Source: Zancudomyces culisetae HAW-14-8
Lineage: Eukaryota > Fungi > Kickxellomycota
Direction: 5' to 3'
Assembly: GCA_052426225.1 (NCBI GenBank)
Contig: JBNJNM010000017.1
Coordinates: 1-64,000 of the forward strand
Length of the DNA stretch: 64,000 nucleotides
Shown: one piece after another, positions 49,224-62,074 of the stretch
How the letters are laid out: every line of letters begins with the position of its first letter
Numbering within the stretch: position 1 is the first letter of the stretch
Notes under the pieces: generated by a model
The model's database searches: none
What the model saw: the letters and a program-made list of their open reading frames with translations, nothing else
Told to the model about the DNA's origin: nothing
Position numbers and translations under genes: made by a program

Positions 49224-50865
49224 CTTGATTAACAGTTCTAGTGCTCTTTTCATTCCTTAGTGCTTTTATTTGTTGATACTTTCACAGAAATCTAAAGTTG
49301 TTGTTTACTTTAATTGGCATCTCTTTTCGTATTCGTTTTTTTTGCTGCTTTCAACAACACATTTGTTGCTATATCTGTTATTAAAATTTGCAGTATTTTT
49401 TTTTTTTTTGTTTTTTTGTTTTTTTGGTGTATATGCTGAGGATATCTCAGAGTCATTGCTTCATTTCTGGTTCGACTTTTTAGTATTGGTTCGAGTTTTG
49501 CCAACTAACTTAGTACTAAAAAGTGGAATGGCAGCTGGTATTAACATTAGATAGATTAGATTATTGGCGTTTTAATTCGAAAACGACAGTACACTACAGA
49601 TGGTTATCACAGGGTATCAAAATTCAACCAGAAGGGGGAGGGGGGGTGTGTTGCTGAAATGCGCATATTTTAAATTATAAAACACATAACTAAAGACAAG
49701 TAAATCCATTTATGAAAGAATGTAGTCCAGTATACTGGACCTTAGCTATGAATACTTGATCGGGAATACGGCTAACTGTATCACTGATTCCCTTCTCTCA
49801 ACGTTTGTTCTTTTCATTTTACTTTGGTGGAAACAGTTTTTTTTTTTTGAACGCAAGGGTATAGCACTAAGAGGACGTATAAATGTAAAAATTTAATATA
49901 CCGAATAGAGCCAAAATGTGGCAGATAGTGTAGATGTTCAAGTAAGTACGCATACAGCTACATGCCTTTGTTAAACACGCCTTCAAGAAACGTTTAAGGA
50001 CCCAAATAACTAACTTTCTGATGTTTCAAAATTGAAATGAAAAGAGGGTTGAAGGCATAAAAATGACGTATAATACACCAAAGGCGGTAAAAGAACTGGT
50101 TTTTTCATTCAAAACGAGCTTTGTGCTTGGATTTTGTATAGATTTTTACATTTTCTGCCTTGTATTAGGTGATAAAAAGAGTACTGCTCACTGTCCAAAG
50201 TAGTTAAATAGCAGGGTAAATAGTTCAGTGTAGTTCACCAAAAAGTACGCCAAACAAAGCCTAAAGATGATTCTGACTTAAAAGAATGCAATTATTCTCA
50301 AGGTGTCCCACTTTTTGCGTTCATAGCTGCGGGCGTGGTTGCATGACGAAAATCTTTGCTGGCTCAATCCTTGGTTTGAGGATGCAAGCATGGTCGACTA
50401 GCATATTTAAGCAGTAGTTCCTACAAAAAGAAAAAAAAATTTTTTTAGTTGGAAGGGGGAAGATCTGGTGGTTTTAGATTGTTTTTGGGAAAGTGCATAT
50501 TGATTTTCTGATTAATGCGAAATAATGTCCACTTATAAAATAACTACACCCATTCCTCATTAACACATTAGCTGGAATATGCACCACTCAACCGAATTTG
50601 ATTGAATGAAGGGCCTAACCTCGATTAAGCAAAAAAATAAAAATAAATAAACATAAAAAATTGGGCTCTAAAAAAAGCTTAAAGTATTAGTTGCGAATTT
50701 GAAAACACCAATACTTCAATAAAATCAAAAAGCGTGGAGTGTATCTAGTGTAGTAGAATTTGTGTCATTAGAATTCCAACATATATACAATATCTGCTAA
50801 TTAAAGCATTCTTGTTTTAGTTAACTTAAACTTATACGAAATAAACGTTTAGAGACACCCTAATA

Positions 50866-51654
50866 ATGGTAAGCTTCCCATTTCCCAATTCATTTTTAAA
50901 CTTGGAGTCATCTTTCTCGATTTGCAATTCCAACAAACGCACAAAAAGATGAAGTAAATCAAACCACGAGAAACTGGAAGCCAGTGACTAGAATTTATCG
51001 ACTAGTGACAGGTTTGGTTCAAAACGTAGAGCGATAAGTGTATTTCCAAGATTGTTTATTCGAAAAACAAAATCGGGGAAAACGAAAATAAATAGTTTCT
51101 AGGAAAACCACGGACGAAGATTAAAATGTTCATTAATATGCTGTCCTCATTTCTGTACTAATCAGGAAAATTGTTAAACTAAATAGTCAAGCCAAGACAA
51201 AAGCGGCGTGGTAACGCCAAAGAATTCGCCCCTACCAGAAGGTTCAGGTCCACGAAATATTAGGTATTGCTGATAACTACATGGAGACCATTTTTTTAAA
51301 AAGCAAAATTTTTACCTTAAAATGGATACAATATCATTTTAATTTATCACTAAGGCACCTTTACTTTTCGATATCATGAAAATACAAAGCAAATATGTGG
51401 TGTACTAAATTGTGAGGCTCATGGTAAATAGGGCAAAGCGAGGTGGAGCACAAGCGGCAAGGGCAACTTCTTCTACAAGTCGGAAAAATACTAGCCGAGC
51501 AACTGGAAGTTCAAGAACAATGTTGAAATTGTATTCGGAAGATGATGTTACCGGTAGCTTAAAGGTTGACCCAGTGGTGGTCTTAGCAATGTGCTTGATA
51601 TTTATTGGGTCGGTACTTTTGCTTCATTTGTATTCCAAGCTTACAAGGTCGTGA
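50866..51654 (+). CDS. SBH1: Sec61 translocon beta subunit (~100 aa, 3 exons)
   Basis: Exons 50866-50868 (ATG|gtaagc), 51187-51263 and 51432-51654. SSRTMLKLYSEDD...LKVDPVVVLAMCLIFIGSVLLLH is the Sec61-beta signature. Confidence 0.9.
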
Positions 51655-52768
51655 TGCAATGGAAGATTATTTAGTGCGGAAAAGCGAATATATTTATAAA
51701 TAATATCATTGGTACCGTTGTTCACTCATTTCCTTTTAGTTTTACACGGCCTATAACCTGTCTACACCTTAGTTTTAATTTTGTGTTAGTGAAAGCAAGC
51801 TTCTGATAATTGAATAAAAAAAGACGAGGTTTGTCCTTTCACAGTGTATACATGCAAGAGATTTCAAATTGGTTCGCTTAATAGACACGAGATAAAGTTC
51901 GTATGAATGTATAGTTGGGATTAGTATATCTTGAAATTTTATATAACAGTGGGCACAAAGATAGATAGAGAACATACCATGGGCAATCAAAAGCGTTACT
52001 CTTGTAAGCGTTTTTAAGCTTATAATGGAATGGTTATTTCGTTGGTCATGAGTACTACAAAAAAATTAATGGATCACAAAGAAGGAAATAAAACAAGCCC
52101 ATGAAATCAACACTGGTGGACAAAGGTGACTGCGGTCAGGAAAAGATGGTGGGTAGATACGAAGTATATGGAACCCAACAAGTATTGGGGGCCTGGATAT
52201 CTGCGATAATCACTATAAAGTTTTGTTTACAAAGTATCGACTAACTGACTCTAGTTGGCGTTGAGTTATAAACGATATTCTCAAGTTTAGTTCACTATAA
52301 GCATACTGGCTAAAGGCTACTTTGTAGCACTTTTATGAGGATGAGGCGGCAAAGAGTGGGTGCAGCTCGGGGCTACATTGAAATGTACTATTCTGAAGTG
52401 GAATGCAAAGGGCTGATAGTCTTGTGGGGTGTGACTATAGATGGTGGAGATTTTCTTAGCTTTTCCACAGAGGTTTTGAGTGGCCAATAATGTGGTTTCA
52501 GGAAATATTAAAATTTATTTTAAGTAACTCTATGATCAGTAACCTTGTGAACAAAAGCGTACAAAAAAATAGCAAATTAAAATAGTGTACAAATTAACTT
52601 ACCTAAGAGAAAAAATAAAGCTAGCTTTATAAAACTAAAAGGCTATAATTAAGAAAAGTTTCAATTCTAGGAATCAAAGATCCAAGATCTATAATAAGAT
52701 AAATATCAATAGCCAAAAATTTTATTAAAAAAGGGTAGAAATCATATATACACACTATACAGCTACAA

Positions 52769-53782
52769 ATGGTATCGAGTGCGGCGCTAAAACGGCTATC
52801 TAAGGAGTATAAGGCATTAAAAGAAAATCCAGTTCCGTACATTATAGCACGGCCATTGGAGAGCAATATACTGGAATGGTAAGGTCTTTTCTTTGATTAA
52901 ATCCTTTATCGCTTGATGGGAATGAATTTGATATTTTTGAATCGATGATTTGTATTGTTAAAAGAAATGTGAATATATGTGTATAAAGGCATTACGTTAT
53001 CAAGGGACCACAGAATACTGATTATGAGGGTGGAGAGTATCATGGTAAGCTAAAATTTCCGAGTGAATATCCATTCAAGCCGCCAGCGATTCAAATGCTC
53101 ACACCAAATGGTCAGTTACCCTTTTTTTTAATCTCTTTTCTGGTAGTTTTTATTAAATAACAAACAATAGCTATAGGGGTGCTTTTAGCTATTTTAATAA
53201 CAAAATTACTACTACTATTATTAAATAGGCCGTTTCCAACCCTGCACTAATATATGCACTTCGATGAGCAACTTCCATCCAAATACTTGGAACCCTGCGT
53301 GGTCGGTTTCAACAATTGTTACTGGTTTACTGTCGTTCATGGTAGAAGAGGAAATGACTACTGGAGGCGTGCGAATGACACCACGAGACCGCAAATTGCT
53401 AGCAAAAAAATCACACAGTGAAAATATAAAAAATTCCGTGTTTAGAAAGGTGTTTCCCGAATTGGCGGGCAAGGAAATGAATGAATCGATATTTGTTACA
53501 GATGTTGTTGTTAGTAAGGATAAGGAGGCTGGTATTAAAACCCCTAATAAAGAAATTAATGGTAAAAATCTAGCTACAGATAAGGTACAAAAAGTACAGT
53601 TGTTAAAGCATAAGGAAAAAGCAGAGATGGTATCTACAACTACAAAAGCCACAAACGAAAGTAACACTAATAAAATTGGGAACGGAAGTGTTGCTAATGG
53701 AGATAAGAATAGAGTGGCATGGATGGTGGTGGCTTTTGGGATACTCATGTACTTTTTAATAAGACTATTTAGTAGAATATAG
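52769..53782 (+). CDS. UBC6: ER tail-anchored ubiquitin-conjugating enzyme Ubc6/UBE2J2 (261 aa, 3 exons)
   Basis: Exons 52769-52878, 52989-53110 and 53229-53782 give KRLSKEY...[16 protein letters not shown]...[17 protein letters not shown]...[22 protein letters not shown], plus a C-terminal TM. Confidence 0.95.
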
Positions 53783-54345
53783 TTCAATGCGCATGCTTTT
53801 ATGGTTTAAATAGTCATTTTTATTATTTTTTTGTTGTATTGGTGTTTTTTAGTATTGTTTATAGGGAAGTGATGCGAACCAGAGGGGAGAGGGTAGGTCA
53901 AGATATTGGCAACGCGATATCTATGCATTTTTATTTATTTATACGTTTGACGCTCTATCTAGTTTTTTAATAGTGACCCTACATGTTTATAAAGTATACT
54001 TTACAATAGCGTAAAAGTGCAGATGGAAAAAGGAATTGAATTGAAACTGCTCATTGTGGTTTGCTTGGTCTTTGTTTGCTCCCTCCTCCTCTTTTCTCAA
54101 TTTTAAATTAGCGAAAGTAACAAGAAAGTGTGCCAAAAATCGAATGACACAGATCACTGATTAATACTTTGTTGCTAAAAATTACCAAAAATACTTGCTG
54201 CGGAAAGCGTTGAAAGTATAAAATAAGCAAGCATTTCCACTTAATAACTGTCTTTATCATTATTTTTTACCTGTTAAAAAAATATAACAAACAAAACTAC
54301 AAAGGAAGAGATAGATGCAGAATAGGGAATTAGAGTAGAAAGAAA

Positions 54346-55815
54346 ATGGAACTAAAGATTACACAGATGCTACAGGAACTTCACGGAACCGGAGCTTTCA
54401 AATCCGATAGCTTAAAATCAAACATCAACATGAAAGAGACATTATTAGAGTGTTTGACCGAAGAAAATGAACGCGAAGAGAGAATAATGTGTCAAAAGCA
54501 AACAGAACTGCGGCAATTGGTAATTAGCCAGTATTTTGAGGATAAAGCAGACGTGTATAGCAACAACAGAGCTGATGGGGATGATATGAGCGAGGATGGA
54601 GTATGTAAGCGAGAGGAGATGAAGTTACTTGGGGTAATTGATCCGAAGAGTGAGACCAAGCTATACTTGGAATTGTTAGAATACAAATACAGATTTCCAG
54701 CGTTAGCAGAGAATGTACAGAAACAAATGACTTCCTGTACAAAAAGGGAGCAACAACGTGTAGAGTTGGCGATCCAGGAATATCAAGAGTTTTTCGGCAA
54801 CATTCCGGACAGTAATATAGGTGTTTACCAAGATGACTCTACAAAAGTGACAGACAAACAAGGATGTACAATCGAAATAATGGAAATGGAAATGGAAGGA
54901 ATGAAAAGCGTGGGAAGAGATGAAATAGAAAGAATAATGACGAAAAACATACACAATATTGAAAGGGTAATCAGGAATTTGATATATAATATCCAACCAA
55001 TACTGTGCTACAACGAACAACAAGCAAATAACGCCAGCACTGAAGACGAAAAGAGGGTAAAAGATGTTCTTGAGAAAAAGTTTCAAATTGTGGAAAAAGT
55101 AGTAGGGATACTCAAAAAAAACAAGGTTGGGGGGATTAATAAAGTTTATAGCATTTATACGCAGATGATAGCAAGCGAGTTATATGGAGTGAATATATCA
55201 ATCAAAGTTGGGGATGGGGGCATGATGGATGAGAGAAGGAGATACAGGTGGTACTATAACAAGAGTTATGTAGAGTACATAGCCAGATGCGCAGACGAGT
55301 ATATTATGGATTTAAACTTTACGAGCGACGGGCTTAAGCACGTTGAGAATGAAAATGTTAGTAGCGGTAGTGGTAAACAGAAAAAGAAGATCGGCATGGA
55401 AATAATATGCCACTATTTGAATATTATGGAGATATATATTAGTTTGGGAGAATACAGAGACGGATTTGTGGTGAGTGAAAAGATTAAATATATGCTGGTT
55501 GGGGTAGTATTTGGGCAGCAGGGTCAGTCAAACTATAGTAAGCAGTATAAACAGAGGGGGTATACTAAGAGAGGTGTTTTGGCCTCCAACATGAATATTG
55601 ATGTTAATGGCGGAGAAAAATGGATTGGTGATGAAAAGCATGTAGGAGTTGGTTTAAATGAAGATGTACAGAAGTACCAGCAGTCTCAACTAGGCGAGGA
55701 AGAGGAAGAAAAGGGAGCGAATATGAGGATAGTAAAAAGGATTAGGGAGTTGGTGGAAGTCAAGAACAAAATACTGGAATCTCTTTGTGAGATTGGGACA
55801 AAAAAGTGGAGTTGA
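54346..55815 (+). CDS. Hypothetical protein, 5' part (489 aa)
   Basis: Long ORF with an ATG start and helical composition. No family recognised. Confidence 0.7.
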   Translation: MELKITQMLQELHGTGAFKSDSLKSNINMKETLLECLTEENEREERIMCQKQTELRQLVISQYFEDKADVYSNNRADGDDMSEDGVCKREEMKLLGVIDPKSETKLYLELLEYKYRFPALAENVQKQMTSCTKREQQRVELAIQEYQEFFGNIPDSNIGVYQDDSTKVTDKQGCTIEIMEMEMEGMKSVGRDEIERIMTKNIHNIERVIRNLIYNIQPILCYNEQQANNASTEDEKRVKDVLEKKFQIVEKVVGILKKNKVGGINKVYSIYTQMIASELYGVNISIKVGDGGMMDERRRYRWYYNKSYVEYIARCADEYIMDLNFTSDGLKHVENENVSSGSGKQKKKIGMEIICHYLNIMEIYISLGEYRDGFVVSEKIKYMLVGVVFGQQGQSNYSKQYKQRGYTKRGVLASNMNIDVNGGEKWIGDEKHVGVGLNEDVQKYQQSQLGEEEEEKGANMRIVKRIRELVEVKNKILESLCEIGTKKWS

Positions 55816-56416
55816 AATATACGGAGTAAACCTACAAATGAACTGCAGTCTAAACTTATATAGGCAAGATGATAAACGAATAATATTATTGGAAGAATAT
55901 AAACGAATCAGCAAAAGGGCCGGTAATGATGCTACAAGGGAAAAGCTGTTACAGGTGTTGGTGTTTTGGGAATACAATGTCAGAAAGATAAAACAGCTGT
56001 CCAAGCTGTATAGCCGGGTTGGAATTGAAAGAGTTGAACGAGAGTTGATTGAATGGGTTGAGGATCGCACCAACAACGCCACCAATAATAACAGACATAG
56101 TGGCAATAGACACTACTATTACTGCGGCTATGACACTACAAAAAGAGAAAAAGTGGAGGGGGTAATAGAGGGAACTGAGAAATATTTGGAGATACTTAAT
56201 CAATATGGATTTGGACACACAAAAAATGGAAACTATTCAATCCAAGTTTTAAAAAAAGGTAGTTCTAAAGTAGTAGAGTTTAAATTCAAAGACGATAACA
56301 AAGCTGGTTATAGAACCCAGGATAGCAACTATGGGGTGATTGAAAAAGTAACAAGATACAGGGTGGCAAACACGTATGACAGACTTAGAAATGAGGAGGT
56401 GTCTTTAGATGTATAG
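55787..56416 (+). CDS. Hypothetical protein, probable +1-frame continuation of the 54346 ORF
   Basis: 209-codon frame overlapping the previous ORF end, with similar purine-rich composition. Its 3' end overlaps the glycogen synthase CDS. Confidence 0.5.
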   Translation: MRLGQKSGVEIYGVNLQMNCSLNLYRQDDKRIILLEEYKRISKRAGNDATREKLLQVLVFWEYNVRKIKQLSKLYSRVGIERVERELIEWVEDRTNNATNNNRHSGNRHYYYCGYDTTKREKVEGVIEGTEKYLEILNQYGFGHTKNGNYSIQVLKKGSSKVVEFKFKDDNKAGYRTQDSNYGVIEKVTRYRVANTYDRLRNEEVSLDV

Positions 56417-58424
56417 GCGGTCTCAGATCATCTTCATTTTCGTCCCCATCGACTGGGCTCTTTGCAAACAGTATTGAAGGATGCTTGGATGAAATTGGCG
56501 AGCCATAGGCAGAAGCGGGGCGAGACATCATTTTTTTACGTCCACTTTCTTTTTCATTAGTTTCGCTTTCACTTTCATCTTCAGTTAATAAAGGATTGGT
56601 AGTCTTGGAGTTAGGATATTTGCGGCGGAGGGCAAGGTGTCTTGCCTTCATGTATTCAATACCTAGCCGTTTCCAGTCAAGAAGCTCGCTGAGTCGTTCG
56701 GTGCGGTTACGTTGGTTGATACGCTGGCGGCGGGTCTTTTGAACAAATTCAAACATAATATCAGTTAGCTGGTTGACAGATTCATCTACTGATTTTAGTC
56801 GGCGGTCGACAATGTAGATACCATAATCCTCAGGACACACGATGTTATCCTGCATGAAACAACCAAAGCCTGACAGATTGGATGTGATAGATGGTACACC
56901 CATCACTGTGCATTCAGCTGGTGTGTAGCCCCATGGCTCGTAGTATGATGGAAACACGCCAAGATGTGTGCCACGTACAAAATCATCGTAGTCCATTCCG
57001 AGTACTGGATTATTTGCATTGAGGAATTCAGGATGGAATACAACCTTTACCCTATCGTTGCTGCTGTTGAACAGATGCAAGCGGCGCAATTGGTTGAGTA
57101 CCGGATCATTTGAATCGTCCAGCATGTTGTGTGTCACAATTGGTGGCTGGCTATCCCGGCGTAGCGACAATACTCGTCGCTTCAACATAATCTTGTCGCT
57201 GTCAGTCAACAGGTCTGTTATAATTTCGCCACGGTTAGCCCCTTCAAACAGTGTTGCCGAAATGTGGCTGCTAACGTCATCGACGGTTTCGCGCAACTGT
57301 TTAATCAATGCCTGACCCTTGAGTGTCTCGACAGTATAGCTCTGACACTTGGCTGGCGCAATGATAAATGCAACTACCGTTATTTTATTTCCACTGCTCT
57401 TTGCTAATCGCTCATTCAGACGTCCCAAAGCCTCTACATACATATCTATACCCTTGTTACGATACTCATATCGACCAGCTGTGAAGAAATATACTGTGTT
57501 TTCCAGGTCAAAGTTCTGCATGTGGCCGTAGAAATGTCCACGCACGAACTCGTTAATTTTGAGCTTGCTCTTCTGGTGCAGGTTTTGGAACTCGTGCATC
57601 GCGCTAAACTGCACTACATTCAAACCGTTTGGCACAATCCCATCTGCCCGTCGTTTAAGCAGATGCTGGGCCTCATATGCTGTAATATTCGACACTGTCG
57701 TAAATACATCCGCTGCGTGCGCTGCTGCTCGTTCCACGCAGTATCGATGATAGATACCGCGTCTTCCCGCCTCCTCGTCCACGTTAAAGGAGCCCATATT
57801 GTTGTAGAAATCAACATCACCTGCACACAAATAGCGACCCAACAAGGTTGCATGTGTCGTAAACAGTGTGGCAACATCCAGCTTGCGATCACGGATTAGC
57901 GCAATACCTACTCCAACTTGCCACTCATGAAAATGAGCAAGGATAGCTGTCTTTTTGTCCTTTTGCGAAACCAACTCCAGTAACCAAGCTTCCAAGTAGC
58001 CTACCAGTATTGCATCATTCATTTCGCTATCGCTGTCGGGTGCTGGGATCCTGAACCGATCCCAAATATCCTTTTTCCATTCCCAGATCTTGCGATCATA
58101 CACAGAACCCAAATCAAACAATATCACAAGCGGCCCTCCTTCAATCAACCATCGCCCATATAGCATCACTATACCCTCGCTCTGTAGTTCTAATATCGCT
58201 TGTTCAACGGGGTTTTTCGTCCCTGCCGAAATGCTTATTTCTTCTACTTCTATACCAGCTGTCTTGCGGTTCAACGGTCCCACCATAAAAAAGCGGTTTC
58301 CAAACTCCTGCACAGTAATCTCGGCCTTTGTCCGGATTACCGTGTAGATACCACCGACCTTGTTGGCTACTTCGTAGGCAAATTCGAATAGGTATGGATT
58401 TGAAGTGTCTCTATCTCCTGCCAT
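56385..58424 (-). CDS. GSY: Glycogen synthase (GT3)
   Basis: [68 protein letters not shown] Arg cluster, and RPASAYGSP phospho-site region. Confidence 0.98.
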   Translation of the reverse strand: MAGDRDTSNPYLFEFAYEVANKVGGIYTVIRTKAEITVQEFGNRFFMVGPLNRKTAGIEVEEISISAGTKNPVEQAILELQSEGIVMLYGRWLIEGGPLVILFDLGSVYDRKIWEWKKDIWDRFRIPAPDSDSEMNDAILVGYLEAWLLELVSQKDKKTAILAHFHEWQVGVGIALIRDRKLDVATLFTTHATLLGRYLCAGDVDFYNNMGSFNVDEEAGRRGIYHRYCVERAAAHAADVFTTVSNITAYEAQHLLKRRADGIVPNGLNVVQFSAMHEFQNLHQKSKLKINEFVRGHFYGHMQNFDLENTVYFFTAGRYEYRNKGIDMYVEALGRLNERLAKSSGNKITVVAFIIAPAKCQSYTVETLKGQALIKQLRETVDDVSSHISATLFEGANRGEIITDLLTDSDKIMLKRRVLSLRRDSQPPIVTHNMLDDSNDPVLNQLRRLHLFNSSNDRVKVVFHPEFLNANNPVLGMDYDDFVRGTHLGVFPSYYEPWGYTPAECTVMGVPSITSNLSGFGCFMQDNIVCPEDYGIYIVDRRLKSVDESVNQLTDIMFEFVQKTRRQRINQRNRTERLSELLDWKRLGIEYMKARHLALRRKYPNSKTTNPLLTEDESESETNEKESGRKKMMSRPASAYGSPISSKHPSILFAKSPVDGDENEDDLRPPIHLKTPPHF

Positions 58425-59639
58425 TGTTCCTCTCTGGGGATAGTTTTTTTTTACTTTTTTTCTTACTTTTACGTTTTATTTGGTAAATATATTTAACAAG
58501 CTTCTTTTCTTTTACAGTTTATGTGTATTGATTATTTTGATTTACTTAAATCTGATAATCCTTGGATTTTACTCAATGGGCTATCAAGTTTATTTATACC
58601 TTGCTTTGGAGGACACTATAAATGGTGTTACTCAGTTAAAGCTGTGTTAGCATTGATGGATTGGTTGCCGTTTGCGTGAAATGTGGCCAGTCTTTGATTT
58701 TCTCTTTCCTCCCCTGGTTACATTACAAAAATCAAACAATTTTGTGAAATTTCCATTATAATGTTTTATCCGCTAATTGCGGTATATTTTTTTTCTGTTT
58801 TTGTTTTGCTGTGTTTTTTTTTAGTGTTGCCACAAAATGAATCAATAGTATTAAGGTTTAAAAGTGAAAATCGGAGCTGTAGTTTAACGTTTTCAAACCT
58901 CCACTTTTCATTGGAAATCTTGTTGCGTTATTTTGTATTTAAATATCGGCATTTTTCTCATCGTATATCCCCATTTATATCCGTTCACGCTGCTATTATT
59001 GCACATGATCAAATCAGCTGTGTTTTTATTTTTGCTCTTAAATTTCAGTAAACAGAAACTGATATAACACCCAAATAAACGAGAGCAGAAAAAATGCCAT
59101 CCATCACAACGCTTAGTACATATGCTAGAAACCAAACCGTAAATCCAAAAGTAAAAAGTTCGCAAACTCAGAACGTCTGCACTAGGACTTTTCTTTCTCT
59201 ATCTACAATGCCGATCCTTCTGCTCAAACAATTAAGTAATAGGTCAAACAAATCTACAAATCACCTCATTTAACCCAATTATATTTTTCAACCAACCCTG
59301 ATTTGGTTTGTTTTTTCCCCATTAATAATGCAACTTGTTTATTTACTCTTATAACCAGAATGGGATTTTTATTGATGCACCCAAAGCCTGCAAACTAGTG
59401 GTATGGGGCTAGAGAAATTCATCACCCAAGAGATTCCCAGCTGTAGTTCGCATAAGTCAAAACCCACTCCCCCCCCTCTCCCGTAAAATAAAAACAAAAA
59501 ATCATACCACAGCCCATTCAAACCGAAATTTTTCAGATTTTAAGGAAGAGGGGGAGTGTTATTTACGGCTCTATTGATAGGTCTAAACTCGAGTATTGCA
59601 TATCCTTTTACTCAAGCTACTTGCTTAACAACGGTGCTA

Positions 59640-59680
59640 TAATAATAGACTAATAATAGACTAATAATATACTAATATAA
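59640..59680. repeat. 11-bp tandem repeat (TAATAATAGAC) x3, degenerate
   Basis: Visible in the GSY/FPR divergent intergenic region. Confidence 0.75.
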
Positions 59681-60804
59681 TATGACTTTGAACTGTTTGT
59701 CTCCTCTTCCTCTTAGGTTCTGAAGCTATCTATATATATGAAACAAAAATAAACCAAAGCTTGTAGGATAACCAGTTCCTTTAAGAAGGTAAAGACCTAG
59801 GAATTTATCATATGATTAGTAATAATTAACTTGAATTATAAAATAGAACTGATAAACGACTTTCTCAGTTCACAAGGGGTTGGACTTGTATTCTAGTTTC
59901 AGTTTTAACCTAGATCCTCTAATAAGAACCGGTATAAATCTGTTAACTTGTAAAGTGTGCCATCACGCTCTTTGTTTTTCATCTTTTTCATCTTTTTCAC
60001 TTAACTTTCCTTGCTTAATAAATCCACCCCATAAAAAAAAGTTCTTGATTCACCCCATAATTTTCGTAAGTTAATGAAGTATAAGCAGTCAAAAATTTTA
60101 GCTTTATAACTCCCTTTATGTGAGTTTGTCCTTTAAAGTTATATTGAACTAAACAAAGAGTATGGCCTTATATTTTGTTAGTGCTACTTTTGCTTATACG
60201 TAAAGCACTATTTTTCTACTTTTATCATCAGTGTGTATTGTACTTGACTCTCTTGCATCATGACATCCGTGTTTTTTTTAGTGCAACAATGGCGAGCACT
60301 AAAAGCGAGAAATGGCTGTAAACTTTAGTTGCAAGCCGTTACTGTGATATGGCGACTCTAAAATCATGGCTAGGCGCTGCAAAGGATGGTCGCCTTCCAA
60401 ATTCTACTGCATTATTTAAACTGCAACTTAACCCTTCAAAAATACTTGGTATATACACAAGATGTTCCTCCTCCCTCTTGGCTTGAAATCCAGTCAGAAC
60501 GTAAGGCGGACATATCCACTCTTTGTTTTAGGTTTGTAGCTATATCTAGATCACCACCACTCCGCGCACTCGCTAAAAAAAAAAATTTTTTTTGTAATGA
60601 TTCGCTATAAACTTCAGCACAAAAAAATTTTTTTCGCTCCAAGCTCAAGTATACTTTCAGGTTGTATTAAAAGGCGATATTTCAATAAACTTTCTTCATT
60701 CATTGTAAATATAAAACATATTCCAACAGGACGACTAACATCAACAAGGTCTTGTCTTTTTTTGCCTACTTGTTCTACCAACTAAACAGAAAAAAAACGT
60801 TAGA

Positions 60805-61827
60805 ATGTATGAGGGATTTTGGGGACTTAATCTACAACCCGGAAAGACATACTCACAAGCCGTTGAGGCTTCATTTCGTGTCAGTAACGCCTCGCTGGGC
60901 AAAAAGCTAGTTAATGATAAGCGCGCTAGTTTGTTGGTTACGGTTGAAGACAAAAGCTTTGTTCTGTGCTCTTTGACACCAAAGGTTATTGAGCAACAGG
61001 GATTGGACGTTACGTTTACCGAAGGCGAGGAGGTTACATTTGAAGTCATAGGAGATAACCAGATTGATTTGGTTGGAAATTATTTGGCTGAATTCCCAGA
61101 GGAGGATGAGGGCGATGATGAGGATGAGGATGATGACTATTTTGGCCAGGGTCTTCTAATGGATGAAGACGATGAAGATGACGATGAGTACGACATTGAA
61201 GACTTGGATAGCGAACAAGAAGACGGTATTGGACACGATGGAACTCTCAAGGGGAGAATCGTAGAGGTAGCTGAGCCAGCTGGATCCGAGTCTACCGTTG
61301 GAAAGGCAAAGAAAGAAGCCAAAAAGGAAAGCAAATCCTCAGAGAAACAGGAGAAACAGGAGAAACAAGAGAAACAAGAGAAACAAAAACCTAAAAAGCA
61401 CAAGGCAGAAGAACCCGAGCAACAGCCAAAGCAGTCTAAGAAAGCCAAAACACAGCAACCACAAAACCAACAAGAAGCTCCAGCAAATGCCAGCAGATCT
61501 CTTCCCAACGGCCTCACCATCCAGGATAAAAAGGTTGGATCTGGCCCTGCTTGCAAGAAGGGAAACAAAGTTTCTGTCTATTATGTTGGCAAGCTTCAAA
61601 AAAACGGCAAACAATTTGATGCGTGCTCCAAAGGGAAGCCATTTTCGTTTGTGTTGGGAGCCAACCAGGTGATTCGCGGTTGGGAATCAGGAATCATGGG
61701 TATGCAAAAGGGCGGTGAACGCCGTCTTGTTATTCCTCCAGCCTTGGCTTACGGTAAGCGTGGTGCTCCCCCAGACATCCCACCAAACAGCACACTTGTG
61801 TTTGATGTCCGATTGGTTGACTTCTAA
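60805..61827 (+). CDS. FPR4: Nucleolar FKBP-type PPIase / histone chaperone (nucleoplasmin-like + acidic + basic + FKBP), Fpr3/Fpr4 family
   Basis: FWGLNLQPGKTY nucleoplasmin-like N-terminus, D/E tract, K-rich linker, FKBP domain (VIRGWESGIMGM, IPPALAYG, IPPNSTLVFDV). Confidence 0.93.
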   Translation: MYEGFWGLNLQPGKTYSQAVEASFRVSNASLGKKLVNDKRASLLVTVEDKSFVLCSLTPKVIEQQGLDVTFTEGEEVTFEVIGDNQIDLVGNYLAEFPEEDEGDDEDEDDDYFGQGLLMDEDDEDDDEYDIEDLDSEQEDGIGHDGTLKGRIVEVAEPAGSESTVGKAKKEAKKESKSSEKQEKQEKQEKQEKQKPKKHKAEEPEQQPKQSKKAKTQQPQNQQEAPANASRSLPNGLTIQDKKVGSGPACKKGNKVSVYYVGKLQKNGKQFDACSKGKPFSFVLGANQVIRGWESGIMGMQKGGERRLVIPPALAYGKRGAPPDIPPNSTLVFDVRLVDF

Positions 61828-62074
61828 ACTTGCACTGGTCGACCGTCCAACTTAATGGGTACATTTTCTGAGCAATTATATTACGGTACAGCACAGAGCA
61901 AGGCAAAGAAGTATAGTATAGTATATTTTTATCTTTTATTATCTTAAATATGAATAATGTATGTTTCTTGAACTAAATGAAAAACCAAGAACGGTGTAAT
62001 TAATGGTTGAAAAAAAGTAAATAATATGGTGTTTATTCTAATATGGTGAACAAGTTAATCAGTAAACCGACCAA

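Noticed and set aside
50330-50395. SECIS-like ATGAC...GGAT stem
   Set aside because: The upper helix pairs poorly, the apical AA is not at the expected spacing, and there is no upstream TGA-containing gene.
52020-52500. G-rich coding-looking stretch between SBH1 and UBC6
   Set aside because: No sustained frame or recognisable motif.
57019-58391. Short ORFs antisense to glycogen synthase (similar ones occur opposite DPP5, FPR and the Thr-rich gene)
   Set aside because: Shadows of real genes with biased codon use.
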